From: Eledone cirrhosa
Taxonomy: Eukaryota
DNA length: 64,000 bases
NCBI GenBank assembly: GCA_964016885.1
Contig: OZ024741.1
Coordinates: 110,298,001 to 110,362,000, forward strand
Reading direction: 5' to 3'
Below, piece by piece: positions 34,250 to 46,187 of this stretch. The stretch's first letter is position 1, and each line of letters opens with the position of its first letter. Position numbers and translations under genes: made by a program. Below the pieces are notes generated by a model, which was not told the DNA's origin, made no database searches, and saw nothing but the letters and a program-made list of their open reading frames with translations.

Positions 34250-36346
34250 ATGGCTACCAAAAAGAAATTTCATACGTCACTCCCACTCATTCCGTCTTCT
34301 TCTTCCTCAATCATCACTACAGCAGAGAGAAGATTGTCTCTCTCCCTCCCTTCTTTAAATGTGTCTCTCTCCCTCCCTTCTCTTTCGCAAGCGACGAAAG
34401 AAAAGAAAAGTCTCGTGCAAAGCGTGCAAGGTTTCTCCACGACGACGACGACAGCGACGAAACAGGTGTGCGGGAAATACGAAAACCCAGTTCATTCGTC
34501 TGACGTCAGGAATAATAGCAGTAGCAGCCGTAATAACAACAGCAACAGTGACAATGAAAACAACAGTAGCAGCCGCAACAGCATCACCAGCAGCATAAAC
34601 AACAACAGCATTAGCAGCAGCAACACCAACAACAACCACAGCAACAGCGGCGGAGGCAGTAGTCGTAGTACCTGCAGCAACAACAAAAGTACCAGCAGCT
34701 CTGACGACAACAACAACAGCAGAGAAAAACCAATCTCATTTGCAGGTATTGCGAAAAACCTGGAAACAATCCTCATAACAAATGAGGAATTAGAGGAAGC
34801 GAAGAAGATGGTGACAAAGAACGGACACCGAGCAATCTGCAAGGCAGCGAAAAATTTTTTCGAAACCCAAGAGCACTGTACGGTCACGTACCGTACAGTA
34901 AGTACAAAATCCCGTAGGGTGGAAAGAGCCACAGAGGCCCAAATACAAAAAGCCTTGGGGTCTGTGTGGCAGAGGAAAACGCACATCACCCGAGGCAAAA
35001 AATACGCCACCGTAGACGTACTTTTTGCCACACCCCAGGAGGCAAAGGCCCAATCAGTAGTGACCCTAAGGAGCGAGGAAATGGTGTTGGTGCCCTCCTA
35101 CTGCGGGCAAAAAATTGTGAGGGTCAAACTGACCCACGTCCCCCCCGGAATGACCCCTTCTTGGCTGGCCGCGTCTGTCCTCGTCGGAATCGAGGACAAA
35201 ACAACTGTACTGCAAGTACAGAAAAAAGTAAGAGAAGATTGGGTCGGCTCCTCCATTGAGATGCTAATCCAAACCAACCAGGAGTGCATCGAAGCTATCC
35301 CGGATGTGATAGACTTCGATAACGGCACTCAACTGCCCATAAGTGTTGAGGGCAAACGCCCGAAATGCTTTCGCTGTGGATCGAAGACTCACCTCAGGGC
35401 CTTCTGCAACGAGAAGACCATGAGAAAGGAGAAAACCCCCCTCCTCCCGAATCCGGTTCCACGGCTACCAGCAACAGGACAAGCGGCAACCAGGAACGAT
35501 AGGTCCGTGGCACCCATACCCACTCCACGGAAATCAAAGACAGCAGCAGCAGTGGAAATATTAACAACAACAACAGCAATACCAAATGCAGCTGCAACAG
35601 AGACTCCAGTGCAAACATCACCAACAACAACAAGTGAAAGAGTGGAGCTGGTACCCCTCCCCGACCTTACAGAATCAGACATGGAGTGTGAGGTGGGAGA
35701 GGGATGGCAAAAGGTCTCAAGAAGGCACAAACGCAGAAGCAGCGCATCGTCGCCTTTGAAAAGGGAGGAAAGAAATGAGAAAAGGGTAAAGTCTACTGCA
35801 AAGAGACCCACAGCAGCAACACCACCAACACCATCACCACCCACACCAGCACCACCATCACCACCGGCGACAACCCCACCGCCAACAACACCTTCAACAC
35901 CACCACCACAAGCACCAACATCGCAAACACAACAACAAAACACACACACCCAGCAACAACGACAAGAAAATAGCAGAACCACACCCCACTCCCAGAAAAA
36001 CAAATGCACGGCAATAAACACACACAACAAGAAACTAATGACTTACATAATTGAACACACAGACATTTCACAACAGGACTACATAATACCAGCACCAATC
36101 AAAACGCCAACTAACATAAGACTGCTAAAAATAGCACAGAAACAATACACAAACATTAAAACGAAATTCCCCAACGCAGTTGGTGATTTCAGGGACCTAG
36201 GAGGAACCATTAATCGAAGAGTATATTCAGACATTCTCTTAGAAGAGCCGACGACCAGCCGAAGGGACGATTCAACGGTCCCTTCACCAGACGATCAAGT
36301 GAAAAGGGATGTAAAAACCATCCCTCCTCTACCAAAAGTACGGTAA
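34250..36346 (+). CDS. ORF1 (CCHC knuckle)
   Basis: Intact from the ATG. Confidence 0.9.
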   Translation: MATKKKFHTSLPLIPSSSSSIITTAERRLSLSLPSLNVSLSLPSLSQATKEKKSLVQSVQGFSTTTTTATKQVCGKYENPVHSSDVRNNSSSSRNNNSNSDNENNSSSRNSITSSINNNSISSSNTNNNHSNSGGGSSRSTCSNNKSTSSSDDNNNSREKPISFAGIAKNLETILITNEELEEAKKMVTKNGHRAICKAAKNFFETQEHCTVTYRTVSTKSRRVERATEAQIQKALGSVWQRKTHITRGKKYATVDVLFATPQEAKAQSVVTLRSEEMVLVPSYCGQKIVRVKLTHVPPGMTPSWLAASVLVGIEDKTTVLQVQKKVREDWVGSSIEMLIQTNQECIEAIPDVIDFDNGTQLPISVEGKRPKCFRCGSKTHLRAFCNEKTMRKEKTPLLPNPVPRLPATGQAATRNDRSVAPIPTPRKSKTAAAVEILTTTTAIPNAAATETPVQTSPTTTSERVELVPLPDLTESDMECEVGEGWQKVSRRHKRRSSASSPLKREERNEKRVKSTAKRPTAATPPTPSPPTPAPPSPPATTPPPTTPSTPPPQAPTSQTQQQNTHTQQQRQENSRTTPHSQKNKCTAINTHNKKLMTYIIEHTDISQQDYIIPAPIKTPTNIRLLKIAQKQYTNIKTKFPNAVGDFRDLGGTINRRVYSDILLEEPTTSRRDDSTVPSPDDQVKRDVKTIPPLPKVR

Positions 36347-36381
36347 GTGGTCTTTCCCATCTTTTCCACTCTATTTTAAAC

Positions 36382-39300
36382 ATGACCTCACTCAGAATAG
36401 GCAGCATAAATGCGCGTGGCTTGGGGTCGTCATGGAAGCAGGGTCACCTGCTCAACGACCTCAGGTCACTAAACATAGATGTAGTGGCCATCAGCGAGAC
36501 CAGAATCTCCGAAGCACGGGCCTTCGCACCGATCTTCGGCGGCTACGATGTGTACGCATCTCCCAGCCGTCCTGGATCGGGTGGAGGAGTTGCTGTGCTT
36601 TTTCGGAGAGGTTTGGATCTCGCCATACGGGCCATCTTCCTGGACCCAGAGGGTAAGCTGGTGGTGCTGGACGTGACCAGCGGAGACGGGCAAGCTTTCA
36701 GGCTAGTGGCCGTCTATGCCCCGACAGGAGCAGGGCGGCCTGATTTCTTCCGGCGTCTGGAGACCTTTCTTGGAACGTCCCGCTCTTTAGTGTTAGTGGG
36801 CGACTGGAACGGGATCTTAGATGCACGCTGGGACTGTGTGGGATTAGCGGATAGGGGTGGAGGGTGCAAGAGCCTCACCAACCTGCTCAGGCGTTTTGAA
36901 CTGTCTGACAGGTACCGATTGGATTTCCCGAATGTGCCAATGTGGACTTGGACAAACCGCATAGGGTCATCCAGATCATATCTAGATAGAGTATTTTGTA
37001 GGGAAATAGATAGGTCTAGCATAGGCTGTCCACAATTCAAGATAGTCAGCTACACGGACCACAAATTCGTGACCTGTGTGCTTGACTTAGATAGGCTTCA
37101 TAGACGAGGACCCGGCTACTGGAAGCTAAACGCGTCCTTACCAGCGCGCAAGGCCTACAGAGACCGGATTAGCGAACTAGTTAAGCGGGCGTTGACGGGG
37201 GCCATCGTCAACAACAAGTGGTGGTTTGCTCTGAAAAGAGCGATTAGAATAGAATCGATTAGGTTTAGTAAGGCTTTAGCAATAGAGAAAAATAGAGCAG
37301 AGGGAGAACTAGTTAGAAAATTAGACGAGGCGCTTAGCAAAGGCATTGCGACCGACGTGCTTGCGGCGAAATTGGCCCTTGACCAATTCTTCAATGCAAA
37401 GCACGAAGGCTGCGTTGTCAGAGCTAGGGTGCGTGCTCTCAGACACGAGGGGACGAAAGCCGTTCAATGGGCCCGAGTGGCGGAGGCGCGTCGTGGCAAC
37501 AAAGCCACGATCCGGTCTTTGGTGGACCACGACGGGCGCATGCTACTCGATCCCGGGCAAATGTGTGAAGCTTTTCAGCGACACTTCACTCAGCTGTTCG
37601 GGGGCAGCGGGGGGCCGGGTAGAGGGATGGACTTTAGTGTCTACCTCGACGGACTGCCGCGGCTCTCGGCCACTGAGGCGAAGTGTTGCGAAAAGCCGAT
37701 AACAGCCGCTGAAGTACGGGAGGCAATGACTGGCTGCACAAGGGGTAAATCGCCTGGTTTGGATGGTCTGCCCTATGAACTTTACGTACAGATGCCAGAC
37801 TTGTTCGGAGGCCTCTTGGCGGACGTCTACTGCAACTGGCAACAGAACGGGAGAATTCCCAGTTCTGTGAGCCGAGGAGCGGTGGCACTGCTGAGAAAGG
37901 ATCCGAACAAGGGGGATAACATAGACAATTTCCGGCCCATAACTCTGCTAAACACAGAGTTTAAGATTTTGGCCAAGGTGCTAGCAAAGAGGTTGGCGCT
38001 TGTCGTTGGTGGTCTGGTGGGAGAGGCGCAGACATGCGCCATTCCCGACAGATCCATCCACGACAACCTCCACCTCATGCGATACATCGTAGAGAGGGTA
38101 GCTAGGGAACCTGGCACGGGTGGGTCCTTGATCAATTTAGATCAGTCGAAAGCTTTCGATAGGGTCGACCATCGTTACCTAGCGGCAGTCCTGAGGGCGG
38201 CTGGCTTTGGGCCCGTCTTCAGAGGCTGGATCGCTGCCATGCACAGCGACATCTGCTCTGTGGTGAGAGTGAACGGTCACCTGTCGGAACCGTTCAACAT
38301 CATGCGCTCGGTCCGCCAAGGATGTCCCCTCTCGTCCCTCTTGTACGTATTGACTCTCGAGCCATTACTGCACAAACTGGAGACGTTGAGGGGAGTCCCG
38401 CGCGAACTAGGATGCGGAAGATCCGTGTCAGCATATGCGGACGATGTCACCGTAGTGGTGTCGAACGCCAAACACATCGAGGCGATCGGCACTACACTAA
38501 GAGAATACGAAGCGGTGACAGGAGCAATGATCAACCAGGAAAAGTCAGTGGGCCTGCAGCTCGGCACCTGGAGAGGCAGGTCCATGCCGTCCAACAGCGT
38601 CGTCGGGCGCTGGACGGACGGACCGGTTAAATTGCTAGGGGTCTGGTTCGGTCCGGACCTCCAGACGGACAAAAACTGGGACGAGGTGACGAGCAGGGTG
38701 GCTTCTCTCACCCAGAAATGGGCGGAGAGGAAGCTATCCCTGAAAGGTCGAGCGGAGGTGGCTAACGCGTACATCGCGTCTGTCATCTGCTACCGCCTAA
38801 CCGTCGTACCTTGTCCTAAGCCTCGCCTGACTGCGCTGGAGCGTTTGCTCTTTCGCTTTTTGTGGATGGGACGTGCTCCGATGGTCAGGCGGTCCATCTG
38901 TTGTCAACACCCGCTACGTGGAGGGCTGGGCATGCCGTGGCTGATGATGCGCAGGCACGCGCTCAGGCTACGACATCTCCACCTCTTCCTCGACGGTGAT
39001 CAGGTGTGGTCGCCGTTTGCTAGACGCGTTTTTCCCCAGCTCGTTTCCTTGACGGAGCTGCAGTCCTGGGTCAAGCGAAGACCGAGAGGGAGCGCCTGGA
39101 GACTGGAATGTCTTCAGGCGCTCACAGCCCTCGACCAATCGGGCAATGTGATCGGTGGAAACTCCACCTCAGCGTTCTATAGAGGATTAGTGGAGGGGAA
39201 GAGCGACGACGTACTTGGGGAAACTCTAGGCGTCGACGAAAATCAACTAGCCAATCTCTTCGGAAGAACTTTCGGGCCAGGGCCTATGGACAACTTCCAG

Positions 39301-39801
39301 AAATCTCTGGCCTGGCAGTGCTACCGAGGAGCCTTGCCAGTTCGGGATAAACTCTACAGGCATGGAGGTGCCGTCAGCCGGGCATGTCCGAGATGCGCGC
39401 AGGGCGACGAAACCGTCCTGCACGCACTCGTCCAGTGTCCGAAAATTGCTGACTTGTGGGTTTATGTCGAACACCTGCTGTCGCGTTTAGGACGGATCCA
39501 GCTATCATCTGAGTCTATCGTGAGGATTGCCCCGCCCTCCTCCTTTAGCCGGGAAGGGCAGGCAGTTTTTATCTGTCTGGTGGCCATGGCGAAAGAGATA
39601 GTATGGTGGACACGTTTGAAAGGGCTGAAGACGAGCACTTACCTCTTCGGTGATGCTCTGATTGACTTTTTCAAATTTCATTTGAAAAGGAAAATCAGAG
39701 TAGAGAAGGAAGTGCTCTCTTCCCAGCATTTTGTTGAAAGATGGGTGAGAGAAGCAAGAATGGCCCGAGTGAATGGGCCGACTCTGAGTATATATCTGTA
39801 A
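36382..39801 (+). CDS. ORF2 APE-RT-ZnF
   Basis: Intact 1139 aa. Confidence 0.97.
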   Translation: MTSLRIGSINARGLGSSWKQGHLLNDLRSLNIDVVAISETRISEARAFAPIFGGYDVYASPSRPGSGGGVAVLFRRGLDLAIRAIFLDPEGKLVVLDVTSGDGQAFRLVAVYAPTGAGRPDFFRRLETFLGTSRSLVLVGDWNGILDARWDCVGLADRGGGCKSLTNLLRRFELSDRYRLDFPNVPMWTWTNRIGSSRSYLDRVFCREIDRSSIGCPQFKIVSYTDHKFVTCVLDLDRLHRRGPGYWKLNASLPARKAYRDRISELVKRALTGAIVNNKWWFALKRAIRIESIRFSKALAIEKNRAEGELVRKLDEALSKGIATDVLAAKLALDQFFNAKHEGCVVRARVRALRHEGTKAVQWARVAEARRGNKATIRSLVDHDGRMLLDPGQMCEAFQRHFTQLFGGSGGPGRGMDFSVYLDGLPRLSATEAKCCEKPITAAEVREAMTGCTRGKSPGLDGLPYELYVQMPDLFGGLLADVYCNWQQNGRIPSSVSRGAVALLRKDPNKGDNIDNFRPITLLNTEFKILAKVLAKRLALVVGGLVGEAQTCAIPDRSIHDNLHLMRYIVERVAREPGTGGSLINLDQSKAFDRVDHRYLAAVLRAAGFGPVFRGWIAAMHSDICSVVRVNGHLSEPFNIMRSVRQGCPLSSLLYVLTLEPLLHKLETLRGVPRELGCGRSVSAYADDVTVVVSNAKHIEAIGTTLREYEAVTGAMINQEKSVGLQLGTWRGRSMPSNSVVGRWTDGPVKLLGVWFGPDLQTDKNWDEVTSRVASLTQKWAERKLSLKGRAEVANAYIASVICYRLTVVPCPKPRLTALERLLFRFLWMGRAPMVRRSICCQHPLRGGLGMPWLMMRRHALRLRHLHLFLDGDQVWSPFARRVFPQLVSLTELQSWVKRRPRGSAWRLECLQALTALDQSGNVIGGNSTSAFYRGLVEGKSDDVLGETLGVDENQLANLFGRTFGPGPMDNFQKSLAWQCYRGALPVRDKLYRHGGAVSRACPRCAQGDETVLHALVQCPKIADLWVYVEHLLSRLGRIQLSSESIVRIAPPSSFSREGQAVFICLVAMAKEIVWWTRLKGLKTSTYLFGDALIDFFKFHLKRKIRVEKEVLSSQHFVERWVREARMARVNGPTLSIYL

Positions 39802-40062
39802 ACTAAAGGTGGAAAACTGGGAGAGGGCACTTGCCTTGGTGGTCAGGGTCATTGTGGCTTTTTACTGGGCTTTCTCCACAAATGTCCCTCCGAAGTCTCC
39901 CCCCTATTGGGGAATTTTTCATTGTTATTTTCATTGTTATTTTTGTTACATCCTCTGTTTTTGTTTTTTTTACACGCAGAAATGCCCATTTGTACCGTCC
40001 TGCATTGTCCTGCACTGTCCTTAATGTCTACTTTATGTAAACCCTTGTGGTTAATAAAGAAA

Positions 40063-40121
<59 letters not shown>

Positions 40122-40334
40122 GAATGCCATGGTTGACGGAGGCTCGGCTCTGTAAGGTATAGTAATTTTTAACCGTTAAAACAATTGTAAATTGTTTAAA
40201 ACTTGAACCAAATTGTTGATAAAGACACCCTCCTCCTCGTGAGAGGGGTCTTTCTGTCCGTTATTTGGCCCTTCGGGGTTAAATAACCAGTTATTGGGGT
40301 TTTGTACCCAAAATTTCATTTTAAACAAAAAAAC

Positions 40335-42431
40335 ATGGCTACCAAAAAGAAATTTCATACGTCACTCCCACTCATTCCGTCTTCTTCTTCCTCAATCATC
40401 ACTACAGCAGAGAGAAGATTGTCTCTCTCCCTCCCTTCTTTAAATGTGTCTCTCTCCCTCCCTTCTCTTTCGCAAGCGACGAAAGAAAAGAAAAGTCTCG
40501 TGCAAAGCGTGCAAGGTTTCTCCACGACGACGACGACAGCGACGAAACAGGTGTGCGGGAAATACGAAAACCCAGTTCATTCGTCTGACGTCAGGAATAA
40601 TAGCAGTAGCAGCCGTAATAACAACAGCAACAGTGACAATGAAAACAACAGTAGCAGCCGCAACAGCATCACCAGCAGCATAAACAACAACAGCATTAGC
40701 AGCAGCAACACCAACAACAACCACAGCAACAGCGGCGGAGGCAGTAGTCGTAGTACCTGCAGCAACAACAAAAGTACCAGCAGCTCTGACGACAACAACA
40801 ACAGCAGAGAAAAACCAATCTCATTTGCAGGTATTGCGAAAAACCTGGAAACAATCCTCATAACAAATGAGGAATTAGAGGAAGCGAAGAAGATGGTGAC
40901 AAAGAACGGACACCGAGCAATCTGCAAGGCAGCGAAAAATTTTTTCGAAACCCAAGAGCACTGTACGGTCACGTACCGTACAGTAAGTACAAAATCCCGT
41001 AGGGTGGAAAGAGCCACAGAGGCCCAAATACAAAAAGCCTTGGGGTCTGTGTGGCAGAGGAAAACGCACATCACCCGAGGCAAAAAATACGCCACCGTAG
41101 ACGTACTTTTTGCCACACCCCAGGAGGCAAAGGCCCAATCAGTAGTGACCCTAAGGAGCGAGGAAATGGTGTTGGTGCCCTCCTACTGCGGGCAAAAAAT
41201 TGTGAGGGTCAAACTGACCCACGTCCCTCCCGGAATGACCCCTTCTTGGCTGGCCGCGTCTGTCCTCGTCGGAATCGAGGACAAAACAACTGTACTGCAA
41301 GTACAGAAAAAAGTAAGAGAAGATTGGGTCGGCTCCTCCATTGAGATGCTAATCCAAACCAACCAGGAGTGCATCGAAGCTATCCCGGATGTGATAGACT
41401 TCGATAACGGCACTCAACTGCCCATAAGTGTTGAGGGCAAACGCCCGAAATGCTTTCGCTGTGGATCGAAGACTCACCTCAGGGCCTTCTGCAACGAGAA
41501 GACCATGAGAAAGGAGAAAACCCCCCTCCTCCCGAATCCGGTTCCACGGCTACCAGCAACAGGACAAGCGGCAACCAGGAATGATAGGTCCGTGGCACCC
41601 ATACCCACTCCACGGAAATCAAAGACAGCAGCAGCAGTGGAAATATTAACAACAACAACAGCAATACCAAATGCAGCTGCAACAGAGACTCCAGTGCAAA
41701 CATCACCAACAACAACAAGTGAAAGAGTGGAGCTGGTACCCCTCCCCGACCTTACAGAATCAGACATGGAGTGTGAGGTGGGAGAGGGATGGCAAAAGGT
41801 CTCAAGAAGGCACAAACGCAGAAGCAGCGCATCGTCGCCTTTGAAAAGGGAGGAAAGAAATGAGAAAAGGGTAAAGTCTACTGCAAAGAGACCCACAGCA
41901 GCAACACCACCAACACCATCACCACCCACACCAGCACCACCATCACCACCGGCGACAACCCCACCGCCAACAACACCTTCAACACCACCACCACAAGCAC
42001 CAACATCGCAAACACAACAACAAAACACACACACCCAGCAACAACGACAAGAAAATAGCAGAACCACACCCCACCCCCAGAAAAACAAATGCACGGCAAT
42101 AAACACACACAACAAGAAACTAATGACTTACATAATTGAACACACAGACATTTCACAACAGGACTACATAATACCAGCACCAATCAAAACGCCAACTAAC
42201 ATAAGACTGCTAAAAATAGCACAGAAACAATACACAAACATTAAAACGAAATTCCCCAACGCAGTTGGTGATTTCAGGGACCTAGGAGGAACCATTAATC
42301 GAAGAGTATATTCAGACATTCTCTTAGAAGAGCCGACGACCAGCCGAAGGGACGATTCAACGGTCCCTTCACCAGACGATCAAGTGAAAAGGGATGTAAA
42401 AACCATCCCTCCTCTACCAAAAATACGGTAA
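40335..42431 (+). CDS. ORF1 (CCHC knuckle)
   Basis: Intact from the ATG. Confidence 0.9.
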   Translation: MATKKKFHTSLPLIPSSSSSIITTAERRLSLSLPSLNVSLSLPSLSQATKEKKSLVQSVQGFSTTTTTATKQVCGKYENPVHSSDVRNNSSSSRNNNSNSDNENNSSSRNSITSSINNNSISSSNTNNNHSNSGGGSSRSTCSNNKSTSSSDDNNNSREKPISFAGIAKNLETILITNEELEEAKKMVTKNGHRAICKAAKNFFETQEHCTVTYRTVSTKSRRVERATEAQIQKALGSVWQRKTHITRGKKYATVDVLFATPQEAKAQSVVTLRSEEMVLVPSYCGQKIVRVKLTHVPPGMTPSWLAASVLVGIEDKTTVLQVQKKVREDWVGSSIEMLIQTNQECIEAIPDVIDFDNGTQLPISVEGKRPKCFRCGSKTHLRAFCNEKTMRKEKTPLLPNPVPRLPATGQAATRNDRSVAPIPTPRKSKTAAAVEILTTTTAIPNAAATETPVQTSPTTTSERVELVPLPDLTESDMECEVGEGWQKVSRRHKRRSSASSPLKREERNEKRVKSTAKRPTAATPPTPSPPTPAPPSPPATTPPPTTPSTPPPQAPTSQTQQQNTHTQQQRQENSRTTPHPQKNKCTAINTHNKKLMTYIIEHTDISQQDYIIPAPIKTPTNIRLLKIAQKQYTNIKTKFPNAVGDFRDLGGTINRRVYSDILLEEPTTSRRDDSTVPSPDDQVKRDVKTIPPLPKIR

Positions 42432-42466
42432 GTGGTCTTTCCCATCTTTTCCACTCTATTTTAAAC

Positions 42467-45400
42467 ATGACCTCACTCAGAATAGGCAGCATAAATGCGC
42501 GTGGCTTGGGGTCGTCATGGAAGCAGGGTCACCTGCTCAACGACCTCAGGTCACTAAACATAGATGTAGTGGCCATCAGCGAGACCAGAATCTCCGAAGC
42601 ACGGGCCTTCGCACCGATCTTCGGCGGCTACGATGTGTACGCATCTCCCAGCCGTCCTGGATCGGGTGGAGGAGTTGCTGTGCTTTTTCGGAGAGGTTTG
42701 GATCTCGCCATACGGGCCATCTTCCTGGACCCAGAGGGTAAGCTGGTGGTGCTGGACGTGACCAGCGGAGACGGGCAAGCTTTCAGGCTAGTGGCCGTCT
42801 ATGCCCCGACAGGAGCAGGGCGGCCTGATTTCTTCCGGCGTCTGGAGACCTTTCTTGGAACGTCGCGCTCTTTAGTGTTAGTGGGCGACTGGAACGGGAT
42901 CTCAGATGCACGCTGGGACTGTGTGGGATTAGCGGATAGGGGTGGAGGGTGCAAGAGCCTCACCAACCTGCTCAGGCGTTTTGAACTGTCTGACAGGTAC
43001 CGATTGGATTTCCCGAATGTGCCAATGTGGACTTGGACAAACCGCATAGGGTCATCCAGATCATATCTAGATAGAGTATTTTGTAGGGAAATAGATAGGT
43101 CTAGCATAGGCTGTCCACAATTCAAGATAGTCAGCTACACGGACCACAAATTCGTGATCTGTGTGCTTGACTTAGATAGGCTTCATAGACGAGGACCCGG
43201 CTACTGGAAGCTAAACGCGTCCTTACCAGCGCGCAAGGCCTACAGAGACCGGATTAGCGAACTAGTTAAGCGGGCGTTGACGGGGGCCATCGTCAACAAC
43301 AAGTGGTGGTTTGCTCTGAAAAGAGCGATTAGAATAGAATCGATTAGGTTTAGTAAGGCTTTAGCAATAGAGAAAAATAGAGCAGAGGGAGAACTAGTTA
43401 GAAAATTAGACGAGGCGCTTAGCAAAGGCATTGCGACCGACGTGCTTGCGGCGAAATTGGCCCTTGACCAATTCTTCAATGCAAAGCACGAAGGCTGCGT
43501 TGTCAGAGCTAGGGTGCGTGCTCTCAGACACGAGGGGACGAAAGCCGTTCAATGGGCCCGAGTGGCGGAGGCGCGTCGTGGCAACAAAGCCACGATCCGG
43601 TCTTTGGTGGACCACGACGGGCGCATGCTACTCGATCCCGGGCAAATGTGTGAAGCTTTTCAGCGACACTTCGCTCAACTGTTCGGGGGCAGCGGTGGGC
43701 CGGGTAGAGGGATGGACTTTAGTGTCTACCTCGACGGACTGCCGCGGCTCTCGGCCACTGAGGCGAGGTGTTGCGAAAAGCCGATAACAGCCGCTGAAGT
43801 ATGGGAGGCAATGACTGGCTGCACAAGGGGTAAATCGCCTGGTTTGGATGGTCTGCCCTATGAACTTTACGTACAGATGCCAGACTTGTTCGGAGGCCTC
43901 TTGGCGGACGTCTACTGCAACTGGCAACAGAACGGGAGAATTCCCAGTTCTGTGAGCCGAGGAGCGGTGGCACTGCTGAGAAAGGATCCGAACAAGGGGG
44001 ATACCATAGACAATTTCCGGCCCATAACTCTGCTAAACACAGAGTTTAAGATTTTGGCCAAGGTGCTAGCAAAGAGGTTGGCGCTTGTCGTTGGTGGTCT
44101 GGTGGGAGAGGCGCAGACATGCGCCATTCCCGACAGATCCATCCACGACAACCTCCACCTCATGCGATACATCGTAGAGAGGGTAGCTAGGGAACCTGGC
44201 ACGGGTGGGTCCTTGATCAATTTAGATCAGTCGAAAGCTTTCGATAGGGTCGACCATCGTTACCTAGCGGCAGTCCTGAGGGCGGCTGGCTTTGGGCCCG
44301 TCTTCAGAGGCTGGATCGCTGCCATGCACAGCGACATCTGCTCTGTGGTGAGAGTGAACGGTCACCTGTCGGAACCGTTCAACATCATGCGCTCGGTCCG
44401 CCAAGGATGTCCCCTCTCGTCCCTCTTGTACGTATTGACGCTCGAGCCATTACTGCACAAACTGGAGACGTTGAGGGGAGTCCCGCGCGAACTAGGATGC
44501 GGAAGATCCGTGTCAGCATATGCGGACGATGTCACCGTAGTGGTGTCGAACGCCAAACACATCGAGGCGATCGGCACTACACTAAGAGAATACGAAGCGG
44601 TGACAGGAGCAATGATCAACCAGGAAAAGTCAGTGGGCCTGCAGCTCGGCACCTGGAGAGGCAGGTCCATGCCGTCCAACAGCGTCGTCGGGCGCTGGAC
44701 GGACGGACCGGTTAAATTGCTAGGGGTCTGGTTCGGTCCGGACCTCCAGACGGACAAAAACTGGGACGAGGTGACGAGCAGGGTGGCTTCTCTCACCCAG
44801 AAATGGGCGGAGAGGAAGCTATCCCTGAAAGGTCGAGCGGAGGTGGCTAACGCGTACATCGCGTCTGTCATCTGCTACCGCCTAACCGTCGTACCTTGTC
44901 CTAAGCCTCGCCTGACTGCGCTGGAGCGTTTGCTCTTTCGCTTTTTGTGGAAGGGACGTGCTCCGATGGTCAGGCGGTCCATCTGTTGTCAACACCCGCT
45001 ACGTGGAGGGCTGGGCATGCCGTGGCTGATGATGCGCAGGCACGCGCTCAGGCTACGACATCTCCACCTCTTCCTCGACGGTGATCAGGTGTGGTCGCCG
45101 TTTGCTAGACGCGTTTTTCCCCAGCTCGTTTCCTTGACGGAGCTGCAGTCCTGGGTCAAGCGAAGACCGAGAGGGAGCGCCTGGAGACTGGAATGTCTTC
45201 AGGCGCTCACAGCCCTCGACCAATCGGGCAATGTGATCGGTGGAAACTCCACCTCGGCGTTCTATAGAGGATTAGTGGAGGGGAAGAGCGACGACGTACT
45301 TGGGGAAACTCTAGGCGTCGACGAAAATCAACTAGCCAATCTCTTCGGAAGAACTTTCGGGCCAGGGCCTATGGACAACTTCCAGAAATCTCTGGCCTGG

Positions 45401-45886
45401 CAGTGCTACCGAGGAGCCTTGCCAGTTCGGGATAAACTCTACAGGCATGGAGGTGCCGTCAGCCGGGCATGTCCGAGATGCGCGCAGGGCGACGAAACCG
45501 TCCTGCACGCACTCGTCCAGTGTCCGAAAATTGCTGACTTGTGGGTTTATGTCGAACACCTGCTGTCGCGTTTAGGACGGATCCAGCTATCATCTGAGTC
45601 CATCGTGAGGATTGCCCCGCCCTCCTCCTTTAGCCGGGAAGGGCAGGCAGTTTTTATCTGTCTGGTGGCCATGGCGAAAGAGATAGTATGGTGGACACGT
45701 TTGAAAGGGCTGAAGACGAGCACTTACCTCTTCGGTGATGCTCTGATTGACTTTTTCAAATTTCATTTGAAAAGGAAAATCGGAGTAGAGAGGGAAGTGC
45801 TCTCTTCCCAGCATTTTGTTGAAAGATGGGTGAGAGAAGCAAGAATGGCCCGAGTGAATGGGCCGACTCTGAGTATATATCTGTAA
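42467..45886 (+). CDS. ORF2 APE-RT-ZnF
   Basis: Intact 1139 aa, with several private substitutions. Confidence 0.97.
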   Translation: MTSLRIGSINARGLGSSWKQGHLLNDLRSLNIDVVAISETRISEARAFAPIFGGYDVYASPSRPGSGGGVAVLFRRGLDLAIRAIFLDPEGKLVVLDVTSGDGQAFRLVAVYAPTGAGRPDFFRRLETFLGTSRSLVLVGDWNGISDARWDCVGLADRGGGCKSLTNLLRRFELSDRYRLDFPNVPMWTWTNRIGSSRSYLDRVFCREIDRSSIGCPQFKIVSYTDHKFVICVLDLDRLHRRGPGYWKLNASLPARKAYRDRISELVKRALTGAIVNNKWWFALKRAIRIESIRFSKALAIEKNRAEGELVRKLDEALSKGIATDVLAAKLALDQFFNAKHEGCVVRARVRALRHEGTKAVQWARVAEARRGNKATIRSLVDHDGRMLLDPGQMCEAFQRHFAQLFGGSGGPGRGMDFSVYLDGLPRLSATEARCCEKPITAAEVWEAMTGCTRGKSPGLDGLPYELYVQMPDLFGGLLADVYCNWQQNGRIPSSVSRGAVALLRKDPNKGDTIDNFRPITLLNTEFKILAKVLAKRLALVVGGLVGEAQTCAIPDRSIHDNLHLMRYIVERVAREPGTGGSLINLDQSKAFDRVDHRYLAAVLRAAGFGPVFRGWIAAMHSDICSVVRVNGHLSEPFNIMRSVRQGCPLSSLLYVLTLEPLLHKLETLRGVPRELGCGRSVSAYADDVTVVVSNAKHIEAIGTTLREYEAVTGAMINQEKSVGLQLGTWRGRSMPSNSVVGRWTDGPVKLLGVWFGPDLQTDKNWDEVTSRVASLTQKWAERKLSLKGRAEVANAYIASVICYRLTVVPCPKPRLTALERLLFRFLWKGRAPMVRRSICCQHPLRGGLGMPWLMMRRHALRLRHLHLFLDGDQVWSPFARRVFPQLVSLTELQSWVKRRPRGSAWRLECLQALTALDQSGNVIGGNSTSAFYRGLVEGKSDDVLGETLGVDENQLANLFGRTFGPGPMDNFQKSLAWQCYRGALPVRDKLYRHGGAVSRACPRCAQGDETVLHALVQCPKIADLWVYVEHLLSRLGRIQLSSESIVRIAPPSSFSREGQAVFICLVAMAKEIVWWTRLKGLKTSTYLFGDALIDFFKFHLKRKIGVEREVLSSQHFVERWVREARMARVNGPTLSIYL

Positions 45887-46146
45887 ACTAAAGGTGGAAA
45901 ACTGGGAGAGGGCACTTGCCTTGGTGGTCAGGGTCATTGTGGCTTTTTACTGGGCTTTCTCCACAAATGTCCCTCCGAAGTCTCCCCCCTATTGGGGAAT
46001 TTTTCATTGTTATTTTCATTGTTATTTTTGTTACATCCTCTGTTTTTGTTTTTTTACACGCAGAAATGCCCATTTGTACCGTCCTGCATTGTCCTGCACT
46101 GTCCTTAATGTCTACTTTATGTAAACCCTTGTGGTTAATAAAGAAA

Positions 46147-46187
<41 letters not shown>

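Larger units (their letters stand above)
34037..40121 (+). mobile_element. Tx1/L1-type copy 3 (6028 bp + (ATT)19)
   Basis: Same termini as copy 1. Confidence 0.95.
40122..46187 (+). mobile_element. Tx1/L1-type copy 4 (6027 bp + (ATT)13)
   Basis: Same termini as copy 1. Confidence 0.95.
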